A stretch of DNA of 32,000 nt. Source: an uncultured archaeon. GTDB lineage: Archaea > Asgardarchaeota > Thorarchaeia > Thorarchaeales > Thorarchaeaceae. Positions 15,351 to 24,550 of the stretch are shown one piece after another. The stretch spans positions 180,001-212,000 of the forward strand of contig CAZYLT010000001.1 of assembly GCA_964648855.1 (NCBI GenBank). Direction: 5' to 3'. The first letter of the stretch is position 1. Every line of letters begins with the position of its first letter. The notes beneath the pieces were generated by a model. That model was not told the DNA's origin. It saw only the letters and a program-made list of their open reading frames with translations, and made no database searches. Position numbers and translations under genes: made by a program.

Positions 15351-16919
15351 CTATAATCGTCGTGTCTGTTCTCTTCTTCCAGAAACAGTCCATTGTGAGG
15401 CAGCTTTCGCCCATCTTCCTGCTGCCGCTTGAACAGGTTGCCTTTGTCCATCTTCGCGCCCATTTGCAGTCCACATATCTCCCGTACCAGAGGGGACAAT
15501 CGAGAACCCACCCCGTTTATTCATCATATGAAGGACCGATGCTATTATAGCAAGCTGGTCTTCGGGAGTCATTTCACCATGTTGCTTTCGTTTTGACTTT
15601 CGTACTAGAAAGTCAAGGGCGTATTGAGGATAGAGGGCGTAGGATATCTCATCGCGACGGTCATGTTCAATACCCTTCAGAGCCTCTCTCGCTTTAGGAA
15701 TCTCAGTTGAAAGCAAGCTCGCTGGGCGCTCCTCAAGGGTCTCTTCATCCCCTATGATTTTCTCTCTGATTTCGGGGTCTATTGGCGCTGGAGGTCGGCC
15801 ATATAAACCGCGAACGTACTGCTTTACTTCGTGCGGAACCATTTTGTATCGTTCGCCTGTTATAACGTTCATAGTTGCTTGAGTACCAACGATTTGAGAC
15901 GATGGCGTCACTAATGGTGGGTAACCTAAATCAGCTCGCACTCTTGGAACCTCTTGAAGGACCTCGTCATATCGGTCCAAGGCACCCTGTTCTCTAAGTT
16001 GATTGTCTAGATTTGATAGCATCCCTCCAGGAATCTGCCAGATCAGAACCTGAGGATTGACGCCCTTGAGACTGCCTTCAAATTCAGAATAATTCCGTCT
16101 GATATCTCTGAAGTAATCTGCAATCTCTGATAGGAGATTTATATCAAGACCCGTATCACGTTCTGTTCCTTTTAGAGCCTCGACAATAGATTCGACAGCC
16201 GGTTGAGAAGTTGCCATAGAGAGGGGGGAAATTGCACAGTCCACAACGTCAACGCCTGCCTCTGCCGCCTTCAAATATGCCATTGAGGCCATCCCACTGG
16301 TATAATGGGAGTGCAGCTGGATTGGGATGTCCAACTCGTCTTTCAACTTGGTAACTAGATCGTAAGCAGCAGTTGGCGTGATTAATCCTGCCATGTCTTT
16401 GATACAGATTGAGTCTGCATCTAAGGCGTACAAATCTTTGGCCTTCTCCACGAATCTCTCATTATTGTGGACGGGGCTGAGGGTATAACAGAAGCTTGCC
16501 TGAACATGTCCGCCTTCACGCTTTACGAACCGCATGGATGGTTCCATGTTTCTTACGTCGTTCAGCGCATCGAAAATCCGGAAAATATCTATGCCAGCTT
16601 TGACTGCCTCTTCTATGAATGCTTCGAGGACATCATCACTATATTGACGATACCCAACGATATTTGACCCTCTTAGTAGCATCTGGAATGGCGTCTTTGG
16701 CATTGCATCCTTTAGCTTCTCCACGCGTTCCCAAGGGTCCTCGTCCAAAAATCGCATCATGCTATCAAAAGTGGCTCCGCCCCACATTTCGAGTGAATAG
16801 TAGCCCACCTGGTCGATTGTTTCGCATATAGGTAGCATGTGCTCAGTACGCATCCGAGTCGCAATCAATGATTGATGTGCGTCACGAAGAGTAGTATCAG
16901 TAATCTTTAGTTTCGTCAT
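15351..16919 (-). CDS. Pyruvate/oxaloacetate carboxyltransferase (transcarboxylase 5S / OadA / PycB type) with no biotinyl domain and a C-terminal epsilon-like extension
   Basis: DTTLRDAHQSL, EMWGGATFD, FRIFDALND, CIKDMAG, HSH, QIPGGMLSN and PPLVTPSSQIVG motifs; no EAMKM. Confidence 0.93.
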   Translation of the reverse strand: MTKLKITDTTLRDAHQSLIATRMRTEHMLPICETIDQVGYYSLEMWGGATFDSMMRFLDEDPWERVEKLKDAMPKTPFQMLLRGSNIVGYRQYSDDVLEAFIEEAVKAGIDIFRIFDALNDVRNMEPSMRFVKREGGHVQASFCYTLSPVHNNERFVEKAKDLYALDADSICIKDMAGLITPTAAYDLVTKLKDELDIPIQLHSHYTSGMASMAYLKAAEAGVDVVDCAISPLSMATSQPAVESIVEALKGTERDTGLDINLLSEIADYFRDIRRNYSEFEGSLKGVNPQVLIWQIPGGMLSNLDNQLREQGALDRYDEVLQEVPRVRADLGYPPLVTPSSQIVGTQATMNVITGERYKMVPHEVKQYVRGLYGRPPAPIDPEIREKIIGDEETLEERPASLLSTEIPKAREALKGIEHDRRDEISYALYPQYALDFLVRKSKRKQHGEMTPEDQLAIIASVLHMMNKRGGFSIVPSGTGDMWTANGREDGQRQPVQAAAGRWAKAASQWTVSGRREQTRRL

Positions 16920-17057
16920 GGCGGAACATAGCTATGTCCACGGCGATAGTATATAGTAGTTCTGCTGCGTTCAGTTTTCAGAATGCTATCATGAGAAAGA
17001 AATCTTGCATTCCTAATTCCTTATGTAAGGAAACTGACAGAGAAGGAATGAAATATC

Positions 17058-17288
17058 TTGAATGATGAAAGACTGTGGGGCTACGAGGGATGCGGTTGTA
17101 TGTGGAACTTTTTCACTGACCGCAACACAGCGTATTCCAAGGCCGAAAAGAACACCGTCCGGGAAGTCACACTTGAGCGTGCATATGAGCTGGATAACAA
17201 ACGTAGGCAGGAACTTGGCTTCAATAAGATCACTATAGAGGATTTCAAGGAGTGCATTGACCGTCCGATGAATTGCAACGAACAATAG
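17058..17288 (+). CDS. Possible small hypothetical protein (76 aa, CGC motif)
   Basis: Fills an otherwise empty gap and has protein-like composition, but has a TTG start. A nearby ATG at 17048 with a ribosome-binding site is out of frame. Confidence 0.35.
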   Translation: MNDERLWGYEGCGCMWNFFTDRNTAYSKAEKNTVREVTLERAYELDNKRRQELGFNKITIEDFKECIDRPMNCNEQ

Positions 17289-17383
17289 CGTACATTTTCC
17301 GTTATCATCAAACTTCTCATGCATGAGAGATAATCTATTCCTGTTTTTGCTGCGGCTAAACTTCGTCTACCAATAGGCTTTAG

Positions 17384-18043
17384 ATGTGGTTGAAGTTGCG
17401 GAATCGTAGAAGCGGAAGTGACCTAATGAAACGCATTATCTTCAACCCTAATGTGTACAGATTTCTGTATTATGTAGACCGCCTATTTCCAGATAATGAG
17501 GTGCAGAAGTCAGTCCTAGATTGTGGAGCAGGCGGCAAAATACCTCCACTGGGTCTGTTACATCAACTTGGTTTTGATACATGCGGTATTGACATCTCGG
17601 AAAATCAGATTGAGAGGGCCAAGCGGTTTGAAGAGGAACATAATGTAGACCTCAATATACAGAAAGGAGATATGACAGACCTTCCCTTCGATGATGAGAG
17701 CTTTGGGTATGTCTACTCGCAGAATTCCATTTTCCATCTCACCAAACATAATACAGCAAAAGCCATGCAAGAAATGAAGAGGGTTCTAAGATCCCAAGGA
17801 TTTCTGTATGTGAATTTTTTGTCTGTTGAAGATCAAGGCTATGGAGAGGGAGAAGAAGTTAGACCGGGCGAATGGAGAGCTCTGGAGGATGGGGAACCCA
17901 CAGTTCATAGTTATTATCAGGATAATGAAGCAGACCAATATTTCATGGACGCAAGAATCATTCTCAAGGAAAAAAGGATTCTCGATTCTCGATTTCATAA
18001 TCGTAAGATGGTATATATTGAATACATTGCGAGAAAGGAATGA
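17384..18043 (+). CDS. Class I SAM-dependent methyltransferase (likely start ATG 17426)
   Basis: VLDCGAGG, GIDIS, GDMTDLPFDDESF and EMKRVLRSQG motifs. Confidence 0.92.
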   Translation: MWLKLRNRRSGSDLMKRIIFNPNVYRFLYYVDRLFPDNEVQKSVLDCGAGGKIPPLGLLHQLGFDTCGIDISENQIERAKRFEEEHNVDLNIQKGDMTDLPFDDESFGYVYSQNSIFHLTKHNTAKAMQEMKRVLRSQGFLYVNFLSVEDQGYGEGEEVRPGEWRALEDGEPTVHSYYQDNEADQYFMDARIILKEKRILDSRFHNRKMVYIEYIARKE

Positions 18044-18108
18044 GATTGACGTAATCCTCATTTTTCCGCTTCCTCTTTATTCATTAACTCAAATGCTGAT
18101 GTCAGCTC

Positions 18109-18636
18109 ATGGAAAAAGCAACGTTTGGCGGCGGATGTTTTTGGTGCGTAGAGGCCGTCTTTGAAAGAATGAAGGGCGTAAAATCAGTAGAGTCTGGATA
18201 TGCAGGTGGGCATGTTGAGAATCCGACATACCAGCAGGTCACCACTGGTAAGACCGGTCATGCTGAAGTTGCACAGATAGAGTATGACCCAGATGAAATT
18301 GGCTATGAAGAGCTTCTAGAGATTTTCTTCAAGACCCACGACCCAACAACTCTAAATCGACAGGGTAATGATGTGGGAACCCAGTATCGCTCGATTATCC
18401 TTTATCATAACGAAGAGCAAAAAGACGTAGCTGAAAAAGTCAAGGCCAGACTAGAAGAGAGTGGAGAATACAAGCAGCCAATCGTAACCGAGATTAAACC
18501 GCTTGGCACCTTCTATGAAGCAGAAGATTACCATCAGGATTACTACAAGAATAATCCAAACCAAGCATACTGCAGGATTGTTATTGCTCCCAAGCTAGAA
18601 AAGGCTGAGAAGAAGTTCAGCTTGAAATTGAAATGA
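18109..18636 (+). CDS. msrA: Peptide methionine sulfoxide reductase A
   Basis: [36 protein letters not shown] and AEDYHQDY motifs. Confidence 0.97.
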   Translation: MEKATFGGGCFWCVEAVFERMKGVKSVESGYAGGHVENPTYQQVTTGKTGHAEVAQIEYDPDEIGYEELLEIFFKTHDPTTLNRQGNDVGTQYRSIILYHNEEQKDVAEKVKARLEESGEYKQPIVTEIKPLGTFYEAEDYHQDYYKNNPNQAYCRIVIAPKLEKAEKKFSLKLK

Positions 18637-18749
18637 GCCCTCTAAAAGCCCATCTATTAGATTCTAGAGCATCTAGATAGCCCCAAAAATTACGCAATTA
18701 GTATTGCTACGTCGGACAGATTAGTTAATAGTCAGCTAGATACGGCTAA

Positions 18750-18819
18750 AATGAGCCTAGAAATGGAAGGTTTCCAAAATGCAAACCTTGGCTAAGTGAA
18801 GATTTCTAGTAGGCTCATT
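18750..18819. other. Nested inverted repeat between the convergent msrA and carboxyltransferase genes
   Basis: AATGAGCCTAGAAAT (18750-18764) pairs with ATTTCTAG-T-AGGCTCATT (18802-18819). Inner AAGGTTT (18767-18773) pairs with AAACCTT (18783-18789). Confidence 0.5.
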
Positions 18820-18865
18820 GTCCATTCATTGGGGGGACTATGATGAAACACAGATATTCTCAAGG

Positions 18866-20458
18866 TTAGAGGGGAATATTGCCATGCTTTTTGGGAGGTC
18901 GGGTTTGTCGTTTGGTTTCCAGCATATCTAGACCCCTACAAATCAAAGGTCGGGTTTCATGGGGAAATATGACCTTGTCAATGTAGCCCAATCCCGCTGC
19001 AACATAGGGGTTCGCGAATTTCTCGCGATATTCCTTTACTAGTTCTTCTCGCTTTGCTTCCTTGTCTTCTGCCTCAGCAATCTCTTTTCTGAAGATGATG
19101 TTAATTGCACCCTCTGGCCCCATGACTGCAATCTCAGCTGTTGGCCATGCATAAACCAAATCTGCCCCTATGTGCCTTGATGACATCACATCAAAAGCAC
19201 CGCCATATCCCTTGCGAGTGACAATCGTAATCAATGGCACCGTTGCTTCTGCGAACGCATAGAGAATCTTTGCTCCGTGCCTGATAATCCCTCCCCACTC
19301 TTGTTGGGTGCCCGGTAGATAGCCCGGAACGTCCATGAATGTGATGACGGGGATATTGAAGGCATCGCAGAATCTAACGAATCTGGAGCATTTGTCAGAT
19401 GCGTTGATATCGAGTGTTCCTGCTAGATGAGCAGGATTGTTGCCCACAATACCCACCGAGCGTCCATCAAATCGAGCAAATCCAACTATCATGTTCTTTG
19501 CAAAGTGTTCATGAACCTCGAAGAATTCGCCATTATCAACAAGCTTTCTTACCAGGTCACGCATGTCATATGGCTTGTTTGGGTCATTAGGTACTAGCTC
19601 ATCTATTGATTCATCTACATCATCTGGGGCATGCCCAGTTTCCATGCGAGGAGGATCCTCCATATTGTTGCTAGGAATGAAGGATAGTAGGGTTCTAATC
19701 TGGTCGAAACAGTGCTCTTCGTCTTCACTGGCAAAATGTGCGACACCACTAGTGCTATTGTGCGTCATAGCACCACCCAGCTCCATTTTTGTCACCTTCT
19801 CTCCCGTGACGGTTTCAATGACCTGTGGGCCCGTAATGAACATATAGGCAAGGTCTTTGACCATCAGTGTAAAGTCAGTCACTGCAGGACTATATACAGC
19901 ACCGCCAGCACATGGGCCTAAGATGGCTGATATCTGAGGGATAACTCCACTGGCATGAGTGTTCCTTCGAAATATGTTTGCATATGAAACAAGGGATTTG
20001 ATACCCTCTTGGATTCTAGCCCCTGCACCATCATTAAGACCAACGAGGGGAGCACCAGCTGCCATTGCGAGGTCCATGATTTTGCACATCTTCTCTCCAT
20101 ACATCTCAGACAGAGAGCCGCCAAATACGGTAAAATCCTGACTAAAAATGAAGACCTTCCTACCGTTGATAGTCCCATAGCCAGTGACCACACCGTCCCC
20201 CAAAGGCTTCCTCTCATCCATGCCAAATTCTGTTTCCCTGTGGACAACAAATTCATCAATCTCAACAAAGGAATCAGGGTCCATCAGGCTGTCTATCCGT
20301 TCCCTGGCTGTTAGCTTTCCTTTTTCATGTTGGCGTTCAATCCGCTTTTCACCACCGCCAAGCATGGCCTTCTCTCTCATTCTTCGCAGCTCATCAAATT
20401 TGTCGTCAGTCATCTTCGACGCAACCTCTGCTCTATTCTTAGAAGGGCATCCCCTCAT
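18866..20458 (-). CDS. Acyl-CoA carboxyltransferase beta subunit (PccB/MmdA/12S family; likely start ATG 20413)
   Basis: GGGEKRIERQHEKGKLTARERI, QDFTVFGGS, GARIQEG, GPCAGGAVYSPA, DVPGYLPG and KKHGNIPL motifs. Confidence 0.96.
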   Translation of the reverse strand: MRGCPSKNRAEVASKMTDDKFDELRRMREKAMLGGGEKRIERQHEKGKLTARERIDSLMDPDSFVEIDEFVVHRETEFGMDERKPLGDGVVTGYGTINGRKVFIFSQDFTVFGGSLSEMYGEKMCKIMDLAMAAGAPLVGLNDGAGARIQEGIKSLVSYANIFRRNTHASGVIPQISAILGPCAGGAVYSPAVTDFTLMVKDLAYMFITGPQVIETVTGEKVTKMELGGAMTHNSTSGVAHFASEDEEHCFDQIRTLLSFIPSNNMEDPPRMETGHAPDDVDESIDELVPNDPNKPYDMRDLVRKLVDNGEFFEVHEHFAKNMIVGFARFDGRSVGIVGNNPAHLAGTLDINASDKCSRFVRFCDAFNIPVITFMDVPGYLPGTQQEWGGIIRHGAKILYAFAEATVPLITIVTRKGYGGAFDVMSSRHIGADLVYAWPTAEIAVMGPEGAINIIFRKEIAEAEDKEAKREELVKEYREKFANPYVAAGLGYIDKVIFPHETRPLICRGLDMLETKRQTRPPKKHGNIPL

Positions 20459-20518
20459 CGTTTTGAATGTTGTGCCGTTCGAAAAATATGCCCACTACCC
20501 GTAATGGCTGAAGAGAAT

Positions 20519-21385
20519 CTATGCATCGTTCATATAGGATATTTTGGCAAATCGAGCGAGATTTTTCCGTTTCTTCGCCTCTTGAACAGTCATTCCAACC
20601 AGTTCAAAACCCAGCTCTTGAGATGTCTGATCTATCCAGGTATCGCGGATATCGCGTGCCATAATGCTCGCAGCGGCGACAGCAATAACATCCTCTGCGG
20701 CCGGTTTCTGAATGAGTTCAATGGAATTCAAGTCAATTTCTCGTTCTAATCTCAATCGAGCCTTTGCCTGTGCAAATTCGTCGATTACTACCTTGATTTC
20801 TGAATCTTCTCGTCGGGCTTCAAGCTTCCTGTAGGCTTGAGATATAGCCTTTGCATGTGCCCAAGCTAACAAGTCATTGAGATTCTTTCCTTCAGCTCTC
20901 ATTTCCTTGAGTCGCTTCTCGAACGTATCAGGCGGAATCAATACGGATTCGATTGCTAGGCTGTTTCTTTCAATATCGTATGCTCTGTTCCCAATCTGAC
21001 GCGGGGTCAATTCTTTGCTATCTTGGACGCCTAGTGCTCTGAGTTCTTTGGATTGCTCTGGAGAGAGGGCTACTGCACAAACGACCAGCGGACCCAGCCA
21101 TTCACCCTTCCCAGCTTCATCAGAACCAATCACGGTTTTTCCTTCATCTGCAAAATCCATCTCCCTCAAGACCTTTCGCAGCAGCTCTATTGCCCCAACT
21201 GTATTTGCCACAACGGAACCTGTGGTGTATCCGATTATCACCCCACCGGCGTAAGCAATACGGAATACCTCATGTTTCCCCTTGGGGCGTCTTGCAAAAG
21301 TATCATCCATATCGAGTAGTGTTACTCGTACTTCATCTAAGCGGTCTTCAGGTATTCTTGCTGCGAATGGGTCCAACGTTTTCAA
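20519..21385 (-). CDS. rnhC: Ribonuclease HIII
   Basis: IGSDEAGKGEWLGPLVV, GVQDSKEL, IDEF and AAEDVIAVAAASIMAR (Glu as the fourth acid, HIII type). N-terminal TBP-like segment HEVFRIAYAGGVIIGYTTGSVV. The TTG start overlaps the birA TGA. Confidence 0.8.
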   Translation of the reverse strand: MKTLDPFAARIPEDRLDEVRVTLLDMDDTFARRPKGKHEVFRIAYAGGVIIGYTTGSVVANTVGAIELLRKVLREMDFADEGKTVIGSDEAGKGEWLGPLVVCAVALSPEQSKELRALGVQDSKELTPRQIGNRAYDIERNSLAIESVLIPPDTFEKRLKEMRAEGKNLNDLLAWAHAKAISQAYRKLEARREDSEIKVVIDEFAQAKARLRLEREIDLNSIELIQKPAAEDVIAVAAASIMARDIRDTWIDQTSQELGFELVGMTVQEAKKRKNLARFAKISYMNDA

Positions 21386-22179
21386 CTCCCCTCATGCTGG
21401 ATATGAACAATTTCTCCCGCTCGAACTCGTCGAATTCGGTCATTTTCATCTCTTACCTCTAGTGAACCATCAATACCAACGCCGACTGCCGTCCCATTCC
21501 AAGTTTCATGGGCATCTTGAACTAGAACATCTCTACCGATTGTGATACATAACGCTCTAAATTCCCTGATGATGGAGTCGTAAGAATCTTCCCTTGACAC
21601 ATTGGCTAATCTCTTGTCTGCATTATTGATAATCCCGGCAATAAGTAGTTCAATTGAGGTTGGGTAACCGAGCTCCATCTGAATCGAAGTTGTCGATTTC
21701 TGCAGTTCTTGGGGAAAATCATCCTCATTCACATTTTGATTTATTCCTACACCAAGTATAACTCCTCGAATTTGATTTCTCACTGTGACTATCTCTGAAA
21801 GAATTCCACCAAGTTTCCGCTCATTTACAATCAGATCGTTGGGCCATTTCAATCCAACATCAATATCGAACAATCCGCTAATCGCTTCTGCACAGGCACA
21901 ACCCATGAGAAGAGATAACAAAGGAAGCTCGTGACTTGCATTCTCAGGTTTTAGAATAATGGACATGTATAGGCTGCCTGCGGGAGAGTGCCATTTTCTA
22001 TCATAACGCCCTCTTCCTCTTTCTTGGTTTTTGGCAACCACAATGGTGCCCTCTTTTGCGTGTTTCTGGAGCATTTCCTTTGCAACCTTGTTTGTTGAAT
22101 CGAGAGAATCGAATACTATTAGGTCCGGGTCAATATAACTTATTTCGAGTTCAGATTTGATTAAATAGCTGTCAAGCAT
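21382..22179 (-). CDS. birA: Biotin-protein ligase (no N-terminal HTH)
   Basis: DSTN, QERGRGRYDRKWHSP, KWPND, KLGGIL and GVGIN motifs. Confidence 0.96.
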   Translation of the reverse strand: MLDSYLIKSELEISYIDPDLIVFDSLDSTNKVAKEMLQKHAKEGTIVVAKNQERGRGRYDRKWHSPAGSLYMSIILKPENASHELPLLSLLMGCACAEAISGLFDIDVGLKWPNDLIVNERKLGGILSEIVTVRNQIRGVILGVGINQNVNEDDFPQELQKSTTSIQMELGYPTSIELLIAGIINNADKRLANVSREDSYDSIIREFRALCITIGRDVLVQDAHETWNGTAVGVGIDGSLEVRDENDRIRRVRAGEIVHIQHEGS

Positions 22180-22257
22180 GGCAAATGCTCCTAATAACGC
22201 AATTCCAACGCGATACCTATATTATAGGGGGCTCTTCTACTCATAAAAGTGGTGTAG

Positions 22258-23094
22258 ATGCCTAGCCTTGCTGGTGCTGTTATCCTTCCAGATAAGAAAA
22301 AGACCATTCTCTTTAAGAATAGGGATTTGCAGTCTTCTGAGCATAAAGACGAGATTTTCTACGACGTAGATTGTTTTGGAGTGAGAGGCATTGAAGTCGG
22401 TTCGGGCAAGAACGTAGGCCTTGCAATTGGCGTGAACAGAAATGGGCTTGCAATGGCAAATACACACGTTAAAGCGACTGACACTCCATCGTTTCATGTC
22501 TTATCTGAGCAAATACTGATGTTCGCCAAAGATGCAGAAGATGGTCTTGACATGGTTGTTGAATCACAACAAAAGGGGCGGATTTACCAGTGGGGAAATG
22601 TCATCCTTGCAGACAAAGACACCGTTCTCGCTATTGAGATTGCAGATGGCGAACATACTCTTGAGCGGTCAAAGCGAAAGGTGCTTCGGAGCAGTCATCA
22701 TATAATGCTTGATACTAAAGATGATTTGGGTGAAGGAATTAGAAATGATGCCTCTAACGTGATGGAGGATTCGGAAACTCGAATGAATCGCGGATATGAA
22801 CTTCTGAGAGATGTCTCGGACGTTTCTGATGTCTTTGCATTACTTGGAGATCATGGAGAGGAGAAGGGACAGAGTAGTATCTGCCGTCATGCTCTTTCAG
22901 ATGGTGACTACTCTACAGCAATGAGCTATCTGATTGAAATAGAGCATGGAACCGATTCCGGACGGCCTAAGATTGTATTTCATGTTGCTCACGGCAGCCC
23001 TTGTGAAGTGGATTATAGAGCAATACCGATAGTATTTCCTGCTGATGAAGAAATTATGAAGAGAGCAAATCAGATTTATCACCAGAGCCCTTAG
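22258..23094 (+). CDS. Ntn-hydrolase-fold protein (C45/C69/NRDE-like) with an atypical N-terminus
   Basis: LFKNRD, IGVNRNGLAMAN, GNVILAD...LAIE, SETR, LGDH, SICRH and GSPC motifs. Confidence 0.75.
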   Translation: MPSLAGAVILPDKKKTILFKNRDLQSSEHKDEIFYDVDCFGVRGIEVGSGKNVGLAIGVNRNGLAMANTHVKATDTPSFHVLSEQILMFAKDAEDGLDMVVESQQKGRIYQWGNVILADKDTVLAIEIADGEHTLERSKRKVLRSSHHIMLDTKDDLGEGIRNDASNVMEDSETRMNRGYELLRDVSDVSDVFALLGDHGEEKGQSSICRHALSDGDYSTAMSYLIEIEHGTDSGRPKIVFHVAHGSPCEVDYRAIPIVFPADEEIMKRANQIYHQSP

Positions 23095-23131
23095 AATAAG
23101 AATGGCTTGTTAAGGAATTAAAGCTAATTAA

Positions 23132-24418
23132 TCATGTTGCGTCTGGAATCTCCTCATCTGCTCTAATTACCATCTCAGCCTCCTGAGCAGCCCTCATGGC
23201 TTTTTCCTCTTTCCTAAAGAACAGATAGAAGAGGATGACAGCAAGAGCATACAATCCAGAAACCAGTATGTATGGCAATCTGTATAGACCTGCCGCAAGC
23301 AGGACTCCACCAATATTTGCCGCAATGCCACGCACAAGCGAATCACCGCTTCTAACGATGCCAACAGCTGTAGCACGCTCTTCTTTTGAAAGACCCTCCA
23401 TGAAAAAGGCACTGGAGACAGGTCCAGCCATATTCATCAAAACTGTTCGCGACACGTATGCAATGACTGCTAGGTAAAGGAATGGAGACCATGCTATCAT
23501 AAGGAGAAAGGGTATGGACAGCGCCTCTGTCAGAACCACTGTCTTGACTTTCCCAATCCTATCTGCGAGCGCTGGAGCGGAGAAATTACCGATTGCTAGG
23601 ACAATTGTATTGATACCAAAAATTAGCCCAATCAGAGCAGAATCGGCTTGAAAGACATTTGAGAAGAATATATTGAAGAAGAGCACAATCATCCCAGCAC
23701 CGAGCCCAACAGTAGTAACAGTCGTTGAGTATTTTCCAATGAAACTCCAATTTCTCACATTATCGAAACCAAGACGCGTCGAATGTTGAGTAGGCGGGTC
23801 GCTGCTCATTGGAATCATAAGTAGGCTTGAGACTGCCATTGGAATGAGACTGATTAATAGAGTGCATCTATACGAAAGGAAGAGGGAACTGGCTATTCCT
23901 AGAGGCCCAAATAGGAGGCGTGGAAGAAAACCACTCAGGATATTTCCTGCCAGCACGGCAAGAAGTGAGAATCCTCCACTAACGCCAAACAAATGGGCTC
24001 GCTCTTCATTTGTTGAGAGTTCTGTGATATAGGGAGACCAAGAAACCTGTGTAAAAGCACTTGAGAAGCCATACAATACCTGAGACAGCAGCAATAAAAC
24101 AGGATCAAGCAGAGTATACTGAATAATGAATGAGATGAAGGAAATGAGGCTGGCTACCAACAGAATTTTCTTTCTACTTCGCCGGTCACTGACCATTCCT
24201 GCACCTATTGCTATAAAGGCAGTAGCAAACATGGATACTGACAGAAAGAACCCGAGAAAGTCTTCGGAGAATCCACCCTCAATCATGTACAAATTGAAGA
24301 TCACAGAATTGAAGCCAAAGGCGAACGCTCCAGTGGCGTTAGAAGCGACAAATAATCTGGCATCTCTCTTGAATAGTCGAATTTTGTCAACGTAACTCAA
24401 GTTGCTGGAAATGCTCAC
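23132..24418 (-). CDS. MFS transporter
   Basis: About 12 hydrophobic segments; MFS motif A in both halves (GMVSDRRSRK, ALADRIGKVK). Confidence 0.93.
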   Translation of the reverse strand: MSISSNLSYVDKIRLFKRDARLFVASNATGAFAFGFNSVIFNLYMIEGGFSEDFLGFFLSVSMFATAFIAIGAGMVSDRRSRKKILLVASLISFISFIIQYTLLDPVLLLLSQVLYGFSSAFTQVSWSPYITELSTNEERAHLFGVSGGFSLLAVLAGNILSGFLPRLLFGPLGIASSLFLSYRCTLLISLIPMAVSSLLMIPMSSDPPTQHSTRLGFDNVRNWSFIGKYSTTVTTVGLGAGMIVLFFNIFFSNVFQADSALIGLIFGINTIVLAIGNFSAPALADRIGKVKTVVLTEALSIPFLLMIAWSPFLYLAVIAYVSRTVLMNMAGPVSSAFFMEGLSKEERATAVGIVRSGDSLVRGIAANIGGVLLAAGLYRLPYILVSGLYALAVILFYLFFRKEEKAMRAAQEAEMVIRADEEIPDAT

Positions 24419-24550
24419 CTCACTGGCCTCTCAAGCTGTTTACGAACGTCTTTTTACGCTCTCATTCTCCCTTTATTCCTTGCTGACATGGCATATACCA
24501 CAAGCATGAACGTAGGCAGAGTCCTATTTGATAAGAAATCCTTCCGCAAG

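Noticed and set aside
18750-18819. SECIS element for msrA
   Set aside because: msrA has Cys codons in GCFWC and no in-frame TGA, and the ATGA is Watson-Crick paired in the stem.
22216-22228. CCTAT-ATT-ATAGG as a BirA operator
   Set aside because: This BirA lacks a DNA-binding domain. The motif is short and probably reflects TATA elements of the divergent promoter.
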